From positions 86,676,001 to 86,740,000 of the forward strand of contig NC_043001.1 in assembly GCF_006345805.1 (NCBI RefSeq): 64,000 nt of DNA. The letters run 5' to 3'. The notes under the pieces were generated by a model. It ran no database searches and was not told the DNA's origin. It saw only the letters and a list, made by a program, of their open reading frames with translations. The translations under genes and the position numbers were made by a program. Positions 62,939 to 64,000 of this stretch are shown here, piece by piece. Every line of letters begins with the position of its first letter. Positions within the stretch are counted from its first letter, which is position 1. This DNA is from Octopus sinensis. Lineage: Eukaryota.

Positions 62939-63857
62939 CATACATACATACGTATATACATACATACATACATACATACATACATACATACATACATACA
63001 TACATACATACATACATACGTATATACATACATACATACATACGTATATACATACATACATACATACATACATACATACATACATACATACATACATACA
63101 TACGTATATACATACATACATACTACATACATACATACATACATTCATACATACATATACATACGTACGTACGTACATACATACAAACGTACGTACGTGC
63201 GTGTGTGTTTGTGCGTGTGTGTTGCATTCGGATAATGTATAATGGATGTGAGAATAGAAACGGTAAAGTCTTGGATTAAATGGTTTTGCTTTATTTAGCT
63301 ATGTTCCTTTGAGTCCTCCTAAGATTGATTCTACTTTATCATCATTGCATATAAAAAAAATCTTTTTTTTAATTTAAATTTAAGTTTCTCCCTTCACCTA
63401 AATTTTAATAATAATTTAATTCTTTAAATTTATTTTTATTTCTCAGTTTCATGCATTGAGTTTTTCTATCTTAATATTACTTTCTCTTTTTCTTTTAGTT
63501 AACTGGAATGGTTTACCACTGGGACATAAAAATTTACTCAAATATCAGAAATTTCACGAAGAATTTGTGCGTGAACTGAACGAAGCATAATTTACAATAT
63601 CGAAAGAGAAAATAATCATATCATTCAAGGAAGAAAAAATTTGAATATGAAATAAAAAGTTTTGCAATAATAAAAAAGTTTTGCAATAATAAATATAAAT
63701 GGTTTTGCAACTTTTACTATCCTTTCAAACGTGGTTCTCGCACTCAGTTACGGTTGGTCAACGACGCCGTAAATATCGAGACTGCTACCATAACTCAAAT
63801 TCTCCTACTATCAGCCATTTCCACAGTAAACACGGAAAGTTAAGAAGGCGAACGAAA

Positions 63858-63984
63858 ATGTCGATAGCAAAAATTTTACTTATTTTATTGGTGTGTGGCA
63901 TATTCTTGCCGTTTCTTTATATTTTCTTGCTCGCTCCGCCAACTATGAAACTAATAAAAGAAAGAGCTTTTAATATGCCTGCAC
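63858..63984 (+). CDS. Probable first coding exon of a host gene with an N-terminal signal anchor (type II membrane protein)
   Basis: aaaATG start; MSIAKILLILLVCGIFLPFLYIFLLAPPTMKLIKERAFNMPA; consensus donor C|GTAAGT at 63985 (phase 1); candidate acceptor TTTCCACAG| at 63826. Confidence 0.65.
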
Positions 63985-64000
63985 GTAAGTAAAAATCATT

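Overview
AT-rich, microsatellite-dense animal genomic DNA that is almost entirely transposon-derived. The two tRNA-derived SINE families and the repeat spectrum look like an octopus (cephalopod) genome; this is an inference from recalled repeat sequences, not a database hit. Mobile content: three Penelope-like element (PLE) loci, several R4/Dong-type and other RLE LINE fragments, a nearly full-length APE-RT LINE plus two 3' fragments, an L1/Tx1 RT fragment, a gypsy gag fragment, a 3.6-kb Helitron with a Pif1 helicase, a chimeric Helitron, several non-autonomous Helitrons, Tc1/mariner and hAT elements and MITEs. The only well-supported host coding sequence is a spliced exon at the right edge (63858-63984, +) encoding an N-terminal membrane anchor. 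The most notable hidden layer is six type I hammerhead-ribozyme-like motifs of five distinct sequence types (4026, 8353, 19604, 21974, 26747, 57018). One sits in a non-coding 500-bp tandem unit that looks like a retrozyme (circular-RNA retroelement). There are also several fold-back structures: a 365-bp near-perfect palindrome, an inverted SINE duplication and a TA-tract inverted triplication. Most ORF-track entries are microsatellite artefacts. All folds and alignments were done by eye, and most element boundaries are approximate.
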